Shown one piece after another: positions 22,903-34,600 of a stretch of DNA of 64,000 nt. Numbering within the stretch: position 1 is the first letter of the stretch; the number at the start of each line of letters is the position of its first letter. Position numbers and translations under genes: made by a program. The stretch comes from Oculina patagonica (lineage: Eukaryota). Location of the stretch: NCBI RefSeq assembly GCF_052425735.1, contig NC_135759.1:46314001-46378000 (forward strand). The letters run 5' to 3'. The notes under the pieces were generated by a model, which did not search any database, was not told the origin of the DNA, and saw only the letters and a list, made by a program, of their open reading frames with translations.

Positions 22903-23688
22903 AGTGTATATGACATGAAAAATATTTTCTGCTTATTTGAAAGGCCTTTCGAAATACAGAAGAATGGTGTTTTTCTTTTTGAAATATCTTTTTTCGTTTC
23001 AGAGATATTGACGTTTTTGTATTATGCAAATTAGATCAGTGATGACGTCACGAGATTTGACTCTAAAAATGGTAAAATACTGAATAAACAATATCTCTAA
23101 AACTATTGAAGAAGTGTTCTTGAAACTTGGCACCACAAATGTGCATCACAAAAGGAACAAAATGAAACCCTTAGTATTGTTGCCATAGCAACTCTTTCAG
23201 CTCCAGTCTCTCTCTGTCAAAAGGACAAATATCCTCATATCTGACCTCTAAAGTGAGACAAAGGGTCCTGCTTAGAACAGACATAGTTCCCATATTGCCT
23301 TAATTCCCACCATTGGTTTGGCTGCGCTAGATGGATCTTGGTTTAAGACAAAAACTGGGAATTTCAGTTTTTATTGAGACAGCACCAGCGGCAAAACTGT
23401 TGTCATGGCAACAGCCCTAAGAGTAACATTTTGTTTCTTTTGTGATGCACATTTGTGGTGCCAAGTTCCAAGAACACTGCTTTAATAGTTTTAGAGATAT
23501 TGTTTATTCAGTATTTTACCATTTTTAGCGTCAAATCTTGTGACGTCATCACTGATCTAATTTGCATAATACAAAAACGTCAATATCTCTGAAACGAAAA
23601 AAGATATTTCGAAAAGAAAAACGCCATTCTTCTGTATTTCGAAAGGCCTTTCAAATGAGCAGAAAATATTTTTCATGTCATATACACT
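22903..23688. mobile_element. Kolobok-type non-autonomous element with long inverted arms, inserted in an older Tigger-type MITE
   Basis: ttaa|agtgtatatgacatgaaaaatatt ... aatatttttcatgtcatatacact|ttaa; arms of more than 250 bp. Confidence 0.8.
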
Positions 23689-25205
23689 TTAAATAAGCAC
23701 TGCCCTCAAATAAGTGCCACCCTTGAATAAGTGCTGCATTTGAGGCACAAAACAGTGCTTATTCAAGTAAATGCGGTATGTGCCCTATTGAATCCTCAAA
23801 CAAACTTACTATGCAATCATAAAAACAGGTTCATGTTAACAATAAACTTAGCATCATTAACTTTTTTCTTACCAAGCTAAAGTGCACCGTAAAATAGCTT
23901 TATGCAACAAAAAACTGAATCATTTAACTTCTTTTAATTCAATCTTTTGTGTACCTTATTCTTACTAAATTTTGCAATATTTGGTAATATTTTGCAATGG
24001 ATGTGGATAAAGAGGAGACAACTCCTACGGCAAGGGGAGGGGGAGGGAGTAAAAGGTACAGGAAGCACGAGCAAAAGGTTCGGAAGCCAGGAGGTGCAGT
24101 CTCACCTGACCCCTCCACCAAAAAAACTACTGGAAACCAAAGAGGTTTTGGCTGATTTTAGGCTGAAGAAAACAGTAATCAGAAGGGTGCTAGTCCAAAA
24201 CAAGAAGGAAAGATATTTTCACGGATAAAGAAGATATTTGCATTTCCAAACATTTAAACTTTTATTGTCTTGATATATATAATATGGTATTAATTTTCAC
24301 GTTTTTAAATTTTCACGCAATGTTTTATTCGTGCCTATTATTATTCGCGAAAATTAGTACTCGCAAAATTTAGTAAGAAATAAGGTATTATGCCATTTAA
24401 ATAGCATAATTCCTAAGTTGCACCAAAAGGACACTAGCTCGCATGCAGATATCTCCTATTTCATTTGTTTTTTTTTCCTGGTGAAGCAAAGGAAATGGTA
24501 AAAGACATCTGCTGCATGCTGGGTACAAAATCAGAGGCAGATCGAAGCACAGGCACACCACCCTTTGTTTGTGTGGTTTACTGTAAGAACTTGAGACTTG
24601 ATTTTGAGGTGAGTCCATTGGTTGAGAATTTGTTCAACTTTATGGGTTAATAAAGTTTTAAAAAATGTTAAGCTTATTTGAGTCACGAGGGTGATTTTTT
24701 TTGCCATTCTTAGAAGTCAGTGTATTATATTAAAGGCATTCTCTAGCGAGAAATACGTCTTAAACAACACGAATTAGCAAAATATGACTTTATAATGTCA
24801 ACAAATCCAGTCGCCTAAAAAACAAGTCTCAAGTTCCGTCAGTAAACACACCACACACACAGAAGATGGTCTGCCTCACTTGCCAGGCCTGTGAGTGTGA
24901 TCGAAAGAGACACCACTCGCAGTGTATCATTTACACAGTTTTCAGCTTTTAGGTATACAGTATTTTTACGCATATGATCCTACACACTAAAAAAATCTTT
25001 TATCTAGAACTGGGAGGTTCCTTACCTTGCTAGATTCGACTGCAGATTATTATTTTGTTTTTGCCGAATTACACAACACACACGTTTGTGTACTGCTTCC
25101 AGGTCTGTCGCAAGCCCGAGGTGCTACCTGGGAAGGTAGATCCCAGTTGCCATGCGACACAAATATGGCGGAGTGATGGCACGAAACTGAAGATGAAAAG
25201 TAATC

Positions 25206-28200
25206 ATGGCAGTCAAAGGACTTTCAGCAAAACAGAAAGCTGCTTTAGCAGAAATAGTCGCTTCAGAAACTTTGCTGGACATTGAAGAATATATTAGACC
25301 CCAATTTCCACCTAAATTGGCAAGCAAAGATCTGTTAACATCGGAAGAGAATTTACCGAAGGGAAACGTAAACTCGTACTCCAGACGACGTATTGTTCAG
25401 GATGGTCATGGACGTTGGAGAGAAGTTAAACCACAGCTTTTCTCTAGTAATTTACAGTCATGTTTAAGAAAAACGCCAGCCTCAGGGAAGAGACAACAAA
25501 GATTAGAGAGTAAAGATGGAGGCATAAGCTTAACTGTTAATGAACGAACAAATTATAACAATCTTTCCATGGCGTTGAGATCTAACGTTTTCCCAGGTCT
25601 TGGAAATAATCAGTGGCATAGTACAACAGGTAAAGTTTTCACAGAACAAGAAATTACTCCACCGCATCAAAGAGACAAGTTCTTTGGTATTCAGAGTGAC
25701 GAGTTTGGGAAGTGGTCAGCCGCTAATGTGCATCATGAAAGAATGAAAAAAACATGGGACACATACCTTGATACTCTACCAAAACAGGCAGGTAACCTAT
25801 TAACAATCTTAGTGTTAGCTCAAGGGCATTAAAAGAGAAACAAAAACAACAACAAAACGCTTTGTTGGCTAATAACAGCTAATTCTGCACTCTCACACCA
25901 AGACACCTTGTCAATGTGGCTGCAATAATTCAGAAGCTCTGTTCTGGCTGCTGAAGAATATTCTAAGTAACTTTTGTAGGCATCAGATGACCAATCCCAA
26001 AACCTGAATAAGCTCCCAAGGGACGCCACAACTGAAGGCAAATGATGCCGCCCCGGGCGGATCCAGGAATTTTTGATATGTGTGTGTGTGGGGGGGGGGG
26101 GGGGGGGGTCCAAACTTTGATTCGGAAAACACTGTTGAAAAGTTTTTGCGGTAAACTACATGTACTCTCCCTCTTCCCACCAGTCGGGGGTGCACGTTAC
26201 AATTCTAAGCTGAGGTGCATTCAAACCTCGCGCTTGGAAACACGATATATTGATGGCTTTTTGATTAACCATAAACCATCATCCCACTATCAAGTTCACA
26301 GTCTTCACAGCTAAAAATTCTGATATAGAATCTACTTTCCTGGTCACCAGCGTTTATAAAGGCGAAAGATTCATATAATTCATTTACAAATCAGTGCTAG
26401 AACAAATTTCTCCAAAACAGCATTTGAGGAAAAAAGTCAAGCACTTTCAATCACATTTATTAAGAGAGGTTACCTAGGAGTTCTAGTCCAAAGAGCTCTC
26501 GCAAAAGTTAAATTTTCAAAACAGTTAGCAGGCCCACCAAACAAAACTTGAAATACATATAGATTACTTCATAGAAAGTGCGCCGTACGGATTTATATTC
26601 ACGAGTTGCAGAACTTTGGAAAACGAACGAGTGAGCGTAGCGAACGAGTGAGTTTTTCCAAAGTTTTGCAACGAGTGAATAAAAATCTGTACAAAGCACT
26701 TTCTATGCTGTAATTTGTTTATTATATATATAACGAGAATTCAACCATTGAACACTTTACGCCAATTTTTCCAGTTTATAACCTTTGACATACAACAGCT
26801 GCAGTTATTAAACGGCGCAAGAAAACAAAGCTGCAAATGCACATAACTTTATAAGCGAATTCGCTATTTCAATAATATACATGTAAAAAAGAAAAATTCC
26901 TGGCAACAAACTCTCCTAGACAAAAACTTTATTTAAATAAACACACTGCGTTACATTTACGTTAAAAACTTTGTATCGCATCGAGGAAACTTCACCACAA
27001 GCGAATAAACTACTGGCGAATCAACTGGCGAATTGTGAACAAATTGTGACAACACAAGGAGTCGGTTAATTAAACAATAATTATGACATAAATCCAGATT
27101 AAAAATGCAATTTACCTTAGGGTAAATAACCCTAACCCTAACCCTAAGACAATCCCAAAAGTGCCTGAATATTTTTAGAAAGTCCGCGGATGTGTTGTAT
27201 GTTCAGATGAAAGTCTTGTCTTCGCTTTCACTTATCGACACTTCGCCTTCGCCTGTCTTCACTTCGCCTTTGAAGAATGATTTTTATCTCTGCTGTATTC
27301 TTTAGGTTTTCCTTAGCGTGTTTCTGTTGGCTTGCATTTCCATTAAGTTCTTAAAAGGCAAACTTTTGAAGAGGAAGCAAACGTGTCGCCATGTTTTCAA
27401 AACATAAACTGCCGTCGAGAGCAAACTTGCCACTCGCTTTCTCAACCTCGTTGGAAACCATTTGAATTCTCGCGCTGTGATTGGTTGAGTCGTACTACTC
27501 TAGATGCTGATTGGTTATATTTTTCACATGTGAAGAAAGCTATACACGTAGCTGATTGAACGTATCGCTTTTTTCACATGTGAAATATAGCAAATAGAAT
27601 TCTATTTGCAAGGTTTATTGCTTAAAATTCTCCCTATATATGTAATAAAGTGCTGTATATACTCATGACAAACCGACATTTAATTTAACAACCATTACTT
27701 ATAAAGAACTTCTCCTAATATACAAAAGTGGTAAGTCTGTCATGGATATACTCGTTAGATCAAAACTTTGTAAATCACCAATACACATGCGCAAGAGTCG
27801 TGCAGGCTTGTCAACTTATTTTTATCACTTTGGATCAGTGTCGAACAAGTTGTAGGTCTGACAGGGGTGGGGGGTCTGGACCCCCCAGACCCTCCCCCTG
27901 GATCCGCCACTGCTGTACGAAAAGAGTGACCCTGATAAAGGAAAGCATAAGTGACAGGCCAAACTAAGCTTAAATCAAAAAGTACTAGAATCACAGAGAA
28001 CAAAGCCAACATGCACTGAAATCCAGGAAAGAAACTACACACGTCTGGACAACATAGGTTAATAAATCATATGAACTGAACATTAATTAACTGTTCATTC
28101 TCTAAGGCTGTTTAGAATTACATTGTACCTTAATTACCCAGGTCAAAATAACACATTTGCATGTACTACTGGTCACATAGCCAGTTTTTATTGTGGCCCT

Positions 28201-28633
28201 CAAGACAAACAAATTATTTTTCCAATACCAATAACAAGATTCTCGTTATTGACCTTGGTTCCCTGCACACTTAATTGGAGCATAATCACGTGTTCAAATT
28301 GGATACCTGTCGTTGGACCGACAAGTAGTAGGCATCTGTTGGACGAAATCAATAGATTTACAGTATTGCATGTAAATTATATGTTGTTTTATTTAATTCT
28401 CAGCAAACTGGAAACCCCAGGAACCAAAAGAAATAACTCCAAAGGTCGAGAAACCTCCACCACAAGCAAAAGTAAAGAAGCCCAATCCTAAACCCACAGT
28501 ACAAAAGAAACACACTCCAGCTGCAGCCGAGGAGGAAGTTGTACCAACACAACCTCCAATTGACATTCCTGACGATGATAATGATGATGACTTTTGGGAC
28601 TTTTATGACAAGCCTTTCAATAAACCACAGTAG
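25206..28633 (+). CDS. TEX33: TEX33/CIMIP4-like protein (probable ciliary microtubule inner protein)
   Basis: Exon 25206-25791 (donor g|gtaacc) and exon 28404-28633 (ctcag|; Pro/Lys-rich, ends DDDFWDFYDKPFNKPQ*). LRSNVFPG...FFGIQSDEFGKW...ERMKK resembles, from memory, the TEX33 motif NIFQG...HWHGRKTDDLGRW...NLQKAL. AATAAA near 28780. Gene model is solid; the symbol is less certain. Confidence 0.7.
26557..27649. mobile_element. Crypton-like non-autonomous element in the TEX33-like intron
   Basis: Internal repeats aacgagtgagcgtagcgaacgagtgag; paired subterminal tttattatatatataacgagaatt / aattctccctatatatgtaataaa; decayed minus-strand MEMQANRNTLRKT; no TSD evident. Confidence 0.5.
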
Positions 28634-29819
28634 AGAGAAATAACTTCTAATGTCATACACTAGGCAAACTGGCATAACATGATGATAGTTGGTGAAATCT
28701 CTGTTAGTTCCTGGCAATTTAACATGAGCATAGCTGGTTTCTCTGACAAAAATATATTAATGGTATATTAGTCTGTAATAATAAACACTTCAACAAACAA
28801 AAAACAGTTCAGTCACAAAAATTCTAAGGTGCCACTGTGTCTGTGTTTAACTATATAAAAAAGAACAACAAATTGATATGAATTATTTTTTAAAAGTGAA
28901 TTAGTATACATGTAGTTAGGTGATTAATAACAAATTATTTTTACATTAATTTTTGTATTGCTATATTTGTACGGCAGGAAATCCTAGAGAAAAAACAATG
29001 TAAATTATACATGTATACATTGTGTAGTAGATTTATAGTATAATTAATATCTCTTAATAAAATTAACTTTTTATTTGGTTGCTCTCCATTAAGTGGAATC
29101 CCCCAGCGGGCAATTTAAGGGTCTGACTACGGGTACTTTTTTTTATTATATATCATTCAATGATCTTCCAAATTGTCTGTCAAATTGTGAGCCATGGATG
29201 TACGCTGATGACACCCATATTATTATGTAGCAAAACAGCAAACAACCTATTAAAGGGACTGAGAATGAACTTAATGTTCCATCACCCAGCACTTCTATTA
29301 TTATTATATTAGTATGGAGTTATGCTATTGAAGTGTAATGGATTATGCATGAATAAATTGATTAATTAAATGAGAAGCGTTCTAACGCTCATTGATTTCA
29401 TGGGGAGCCAAGGTGCTAATTTGGAAGATAAATTTTTTTGTTCCAAAGTTTTGAGCAATTGCCGCACTGGTGGGCTCCCCAGTAAGATTTAAATCTGTTT
29501 GGTGGCTGTAGTTTTTTTGATAAATAACTTTCTCTACTGACTTTCTACATTTTGAAAACTAAAAAAATTAATTAAAAAAACATTGTGGGTAGAACCTCGA
29601 AATTTTTCTATTTGTCTGTCAATGTGCAATTGAATAATGCTTTTTTAACTGTACAATGCTTGCATATGCCTCTTAAAGAATCAAGTTTTATTATTCATTC
29701 AACAACTGACACACTTAGATAAGATTTGACTAAGGCTGATGGTCGCTGTTGACTGGAAAAAAATATGAATTTGAAAAAAAAATCGATAGCATAGAATATT
29801 TCGTGCAAATGTCATAATT

Positions 29820-30355
29820 CGTATTAACAGTGATTTGGTTATACACAAACAGGTAAACACAAACGATATTATTGCCCAACGTTTCGGCGACATCATGACG
29901 CCATTATCAAGGGTAAATTGAGAATAAATAATTAAATGCGAGGTTCAAAGAGATAAACATTTGCATAATAGTGGTGGCTATACAAATACTTTAGCACGGA
30001 TTGAATCCGTTTGCACGTTCAGACTCGGTGTTAATTGCTTGATGTAAAGCATCTCGTTGACAAGACAGTCAAATTTGAGGACCTCCTCAGTTGTTTCAAA
30101 GTACTAAAGAAATGCAAGAACAAATTTGACTGTCTTGTCAACGAGATGCTTTACATCAAGCAATTAACACCGAGTCTGAACGTGCAAACGGATTCAATCC
30201 GTGCTAAAGTATTTGTATAGCCACCACCATTATGCAAATGTTTATCTCTTTGAACCTCGCATTTAATTATTTATTCTCAATTTACCCTTGATAATGGCGT
30301 CATGATGTCGCCGAAACGTCGGGCAATAATATCGTTTGTGTTTACCTGTTTGTGT
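29820..30355 (+). mobile_element. Short Penelope-like element: GIY-YIG C-terminus plus inverted pLTR forming a 235-bp-arm palindrome
   Basis: Arms 29843-30077 and 30121-30355 (2 mismatches seen); ORF end FKVLKKCKNKFDCLVNEMLYIKQLTPSLNVQTDSIRAKVFV*; 13-bp direct repeat aaatgtcataatt at 29807-29819 and 30356-30368. Confidence 0.88.
30285..30323 (+). ncRNA. Minimal type I hammerhead ribozyme motif (PLE-associated, C3U/G8A variant core)
   Basis: ccc-TTGATAA-t-ggcg(tcatgatgt)cgcc-GAAA-c-GTC-ggg: stem I ccc/ggg, stem II ggcg/cgcc, palindromic acgt in place of stem III. Mirror copy on minus strand at 29875-29913 has a GTT triplet. Confidence 0.65.
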
Positions 30356-31601
30356 AAATGTCATAATTAAAGAGAAAATGTGTCAACAACCCAGCAGCTG
30401 CTATTGGCATTTTGATCTTGTATAGCTCCATAAGCTGTCCTTCATATTATTGAACAAGAAGCTCACTGAACTGGGCCTGGAAGCTTTGCTGCAAAGTTCA
30501 ACTCATTTTGCATGAAGAGCATAGCACAGCACAGTGAGACCTTTCAGAAAGGCTAGCTACGAGTCACACCAGTCACATGAAAGTCTGATAGTACACCAAA
30601 ATTACCTGATTCACATCATTTGTTAATTTCACTCTACATGCCTAGAGTGTATTTCACCCTAAAAATACTCAGACAGATACAGTGAACAGTTTGGGAAAAT
30701 GGCACCTACAGAAACTTACCCCAAACTCTGAGTTTTAAACTAACATTTTTCTCAAAAGAACACATTGAAAAAATCTGCATCTTTTGTCGCATAGGGTATG
30801 GGATAAGCTGTTGACAAAACTGATGTAATATCAATATCATCCCTGGGCTTTTTATTCCTCAGTGATAAATTTGTCTGTAAAATGTCAGTATTACTGTTTT
30901 TAAGTAGCCAAGTGTCAGGAAGATGCAAGACAAAATTTAGTATACTTCCAAGCCCTCCAAAACATAAAGAATCAAAACTGTGCCTCCTTAGTTTCTGTCC
31001 CAAGAACAATGCACAGACTGTGAGCGCAAAGTCCCGAGTAAACTGCTGAAAGCAACAGAAACTGACAGCCAGCAGTCTAAAAAAATTAATAATTTTCAAC
31101 ATACCCAGTAACCCAGTGGCTATTAAGAGTATTGATAAAACTGATTTATTGATGGTCTTGTTTAAAAGCGTACTTTCTAGCCAAAATGCAGGAAAAACTT
31201 CATGCTCTGAAAGCCTTCTACATAATGTATCAAGGTAAGTGCCAGTTTAGTCAATCAGATTGTGTGTTTGCCAAAAATCATCTTCTCAATCGGTTATGCT
31301 AAATGGAGATAAATGTATTTACAGTAAGACTGTTGGGACCAGGGCCACTTTCACATCTTTCATTCCTGTAGGGATGACTTTTTTATTCGAGGCCACTGTT
31401 TTGAGCATGAAAAGTCATATGTTCTTTCTTCAAGGCCCGCACTCCTCCAGCTGCCATCACTTCTGAATCTGTCACTGACTGTACAATGTGTAACTTGTGG
31501 CTGCAGGTTAGTATTGAAGCTCCAAAACAAAAATGAATGACACTTTTGGTTGAAAATGTCTCCACAGTCAAGAAAAACACTAATGGCAGAGTTGATAATT
31601 T

Positions 31602-34600
31602 TCACATTGTGGACAGGATTTCATCTGCAATCTGGGTTTCAAGTGGTCCCAATGCTGAAAGTTAAACCAGTAAATAATATTGTCAGAGAAAATTATTGAA
31701 ATACATGTAAATCCAAAATTAATATTTTCCTCCTGAAACTTGACATTTCCAAGAGGTAGTGGAATACAGTTATTGTTCAATGACATTAATTTATTTATAC
31801 TCTCAAAGCTAATTCTGCTTTTGATTACCCAATATACATTTCTTGCAAAAAAATTCGGACAATTTTAATTTTGGACAAAAAAAGTGTCCGAAAACAAAAC
31901 TGTGGACAATTTTTAAGCATCTGAAATTTGAGGCATCCGAAATAATTACAGCACAGTAATATTAAGTTGGTACTTTCTTGGGTGATGCCTTCACATGTTT
32001 TCAAGGCCAATATAAAAGTTCATACCTCCAGGCATCCCAGGGAAAACAGCATCCTGATCACTGTTACCAAATATTCCAACAATATCCACATCATTGTCAG
32101 TTCCATTACTCTTCAGTGGTGATCCCCCGGGAAGCAAATCTGCCACAGGTACAGTTGTGCTTGGAATGGGCGACGAGAATGTTGACAATGGATCCGCTTG
32201 TGTGCTTGATAACTCTGCTAATGCCATACACCAGACCAGTTGGGATTAAAAAATCAATTAATGTCATTTTACTAATTTTATGCTCTTTCCATAGTCTTCA
32301 ATCGTATTGCACTCATGTAGACAACAGAAGTAATGGTATTAAAATGTGCTTTCACCATGACAAAGTGTTGTGTTGTCGGGTTGTTAATACCGTCAAATAC
32401 AACAGCTTTCCTGTATTTTGATTGGCTGTATATTTTTTCTATGGCATGGTATAAATACATGTATATGTGCTCTATCATGACTAATTAGCATGTAATTATT
32501 CTGTTAGGTATTGCTATGTCTATTTGTACATGACCCAGGCACTCTTTCTGTGATTTATTTTAATAAATACACAATTTACATTTGCAGGAATATCATTGTT
32601 AATCTAGATATGCGTAAAAATGTATACATATTGCACTTGGAAATAAGGTGATTTTATTTACCTTCTGTTTTTCTTTTCTTGTTTTGCGGTTCACCAGAGG
32701 ATGTCATTTGTTGCGATGTTTTACTCTTTGTTTTCTGTGCACTCTGTGGGGAGTTTTCTTGTTCATGGATCCTTTTCTTCAATGCAGATTTTATTTGTGC
32801 TCTAATAATAGAATTAACATGTTCTACAACTTAATTTATTTAATAGGTTGGTTTAAATTATTCTACAATATTGATTGATTAAAAAGATGATAAAAAGAAA
32901 TAGATGCCAGATTAAGACTACCTACAGGTTATATTTTTTTGCTCATAGCTAGTTCGTAACACAGCCCCATATAAGCTTTTACTGCGAGTAATGATGTTGC
33001 TGAACAAAACAACACCCATGCATATGTATCTGCTATCACATTGTATTGCAAATAATAATAAAAAAATTGTATTAACAAAAGAAACTGATAATGATAACAT
33101 TGAAAATTTTATAAAGAAATGCATTTTACTGTATTGTGGTTTAACATTGGGTTTTCACAATCTCACAACAAACAAGGTTTTTATATTGAATATGAGCCTA
33201 AGGAAAACACAAACCTTATCTGAAACAATATTATTGTAAAGTAAGTAAATTATTGGAAATGATCCCTACACAGATTTAGTCTTGACTTGTCCGCTGATTT
33301 TCTTTAAATCATCTCCAAATCTCTTCACTGCACTCCTTAACATTTCAATTTCCTCATCTCCCCACTTTCCACTGTTGCTAGAAACAAATAAAAATACACT
33401 AGCTAAAACCCAAGTTACAATATACAAATAAACTAACTTAAAAGACATGAATGCCAATTATTAAGACAACAAGAGTTCAAAGTATGAACCATTTAGTTCA
33501 AACCATGCATGTGGTGTATATTACATGTAAATGGAAAGGTTAAGTCTCCTTTCAACAAGTGTCACATACTCCCAAACTTATCCTGATTTCTGTAGTATTA
33601 ATACCGTAACTAGGAGCATTCCTACTCCACCCTGGTTCTTTTAATTTCACCAGGACCAGGAAGTTTGACAGTATGTTGACATCAGCTAGCCTGCAGTACG
33701 CAGTGAACCTGCTTTGCAGAAGAGGAAACAAGCTTCTGTGTCCAGTTAAGGCACACACATATTCCCAGTGACTTTGTTTCAACAATCTGTTCCTGAATGA
33801 TGCTGGGAAGTTAGCAAGTTACTGGGAGGCAAGCCGTCAAGCTGTTTAAAAGTTCCTTTATTACCATAATGTACTGTATGTATGAAACATGCTAATGTCA
33901 ACTGGCTGCCTGGCTCCACTAGCCCCTATGGTTATTCCAAGTAGCCACTACTCTTACTTAATATAATTACTTTTTGTATTAATATTTCTTTGTAAGGCAA
34001 GAGTACAGTAAAGATTGTTGCTGTTGTTGTTGAAACACTAAACTGTGTAAGCTTCAAGGTTAGCATACATAACATGCTGGTTAGCCTAAATGGCACTCTG
34101 GTACATTAGCCAACAGTTAGTGTAACGAGAGATAACGGTAAATGTGGACTTTAATGGTGACCGAACATCGCTAGCGCTTACATTGGAAATACTGACTGCT
34201 AATCGCATAAATTACTACTTAATACTGCACACATATGCACGTGCACTTACATATTCTAATATTCTAATTATGGTTATGCTAGCCTGCGAACAGGCTCCCG
34301 AGTGGGGTTTTTACGCGAGCGAAGCGAGCGGAAGAGCGGGGCCTGAGGGGGAGTACGGGGGCGCGGGAGCCTGTGGACAGTCTTTTGAAAACGCCGATCC
34401 ATGATACCAGATTCTGGTATCATGATCTGATTGGTCAGAACGCTAATTTTTGACAAGTGAGTGATGAAAAATAGTGGCATACACAACACGCAAAAAAGTC
34501 AACCGGCTTGCGTGTGGTTAGATATGCAATAAATCTACATGAATCCTACATTTATCTTGTGGTGCAAATGTCACACAACGAACAAAGGAAAGAGGCGAAA

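Noticed and set aside
23947-24650. Short plus-strand ORFs and a donor site in the probable TXN2 first intron
   Set aside because: No recognisable domain or consistent exon chain; cannot be supported without RNA data.
27114-27147. Interstitial telomeric (CCCTAA)3
   Set aside because: Only about three units inside a TE-like element; not evidence of a fusion site.
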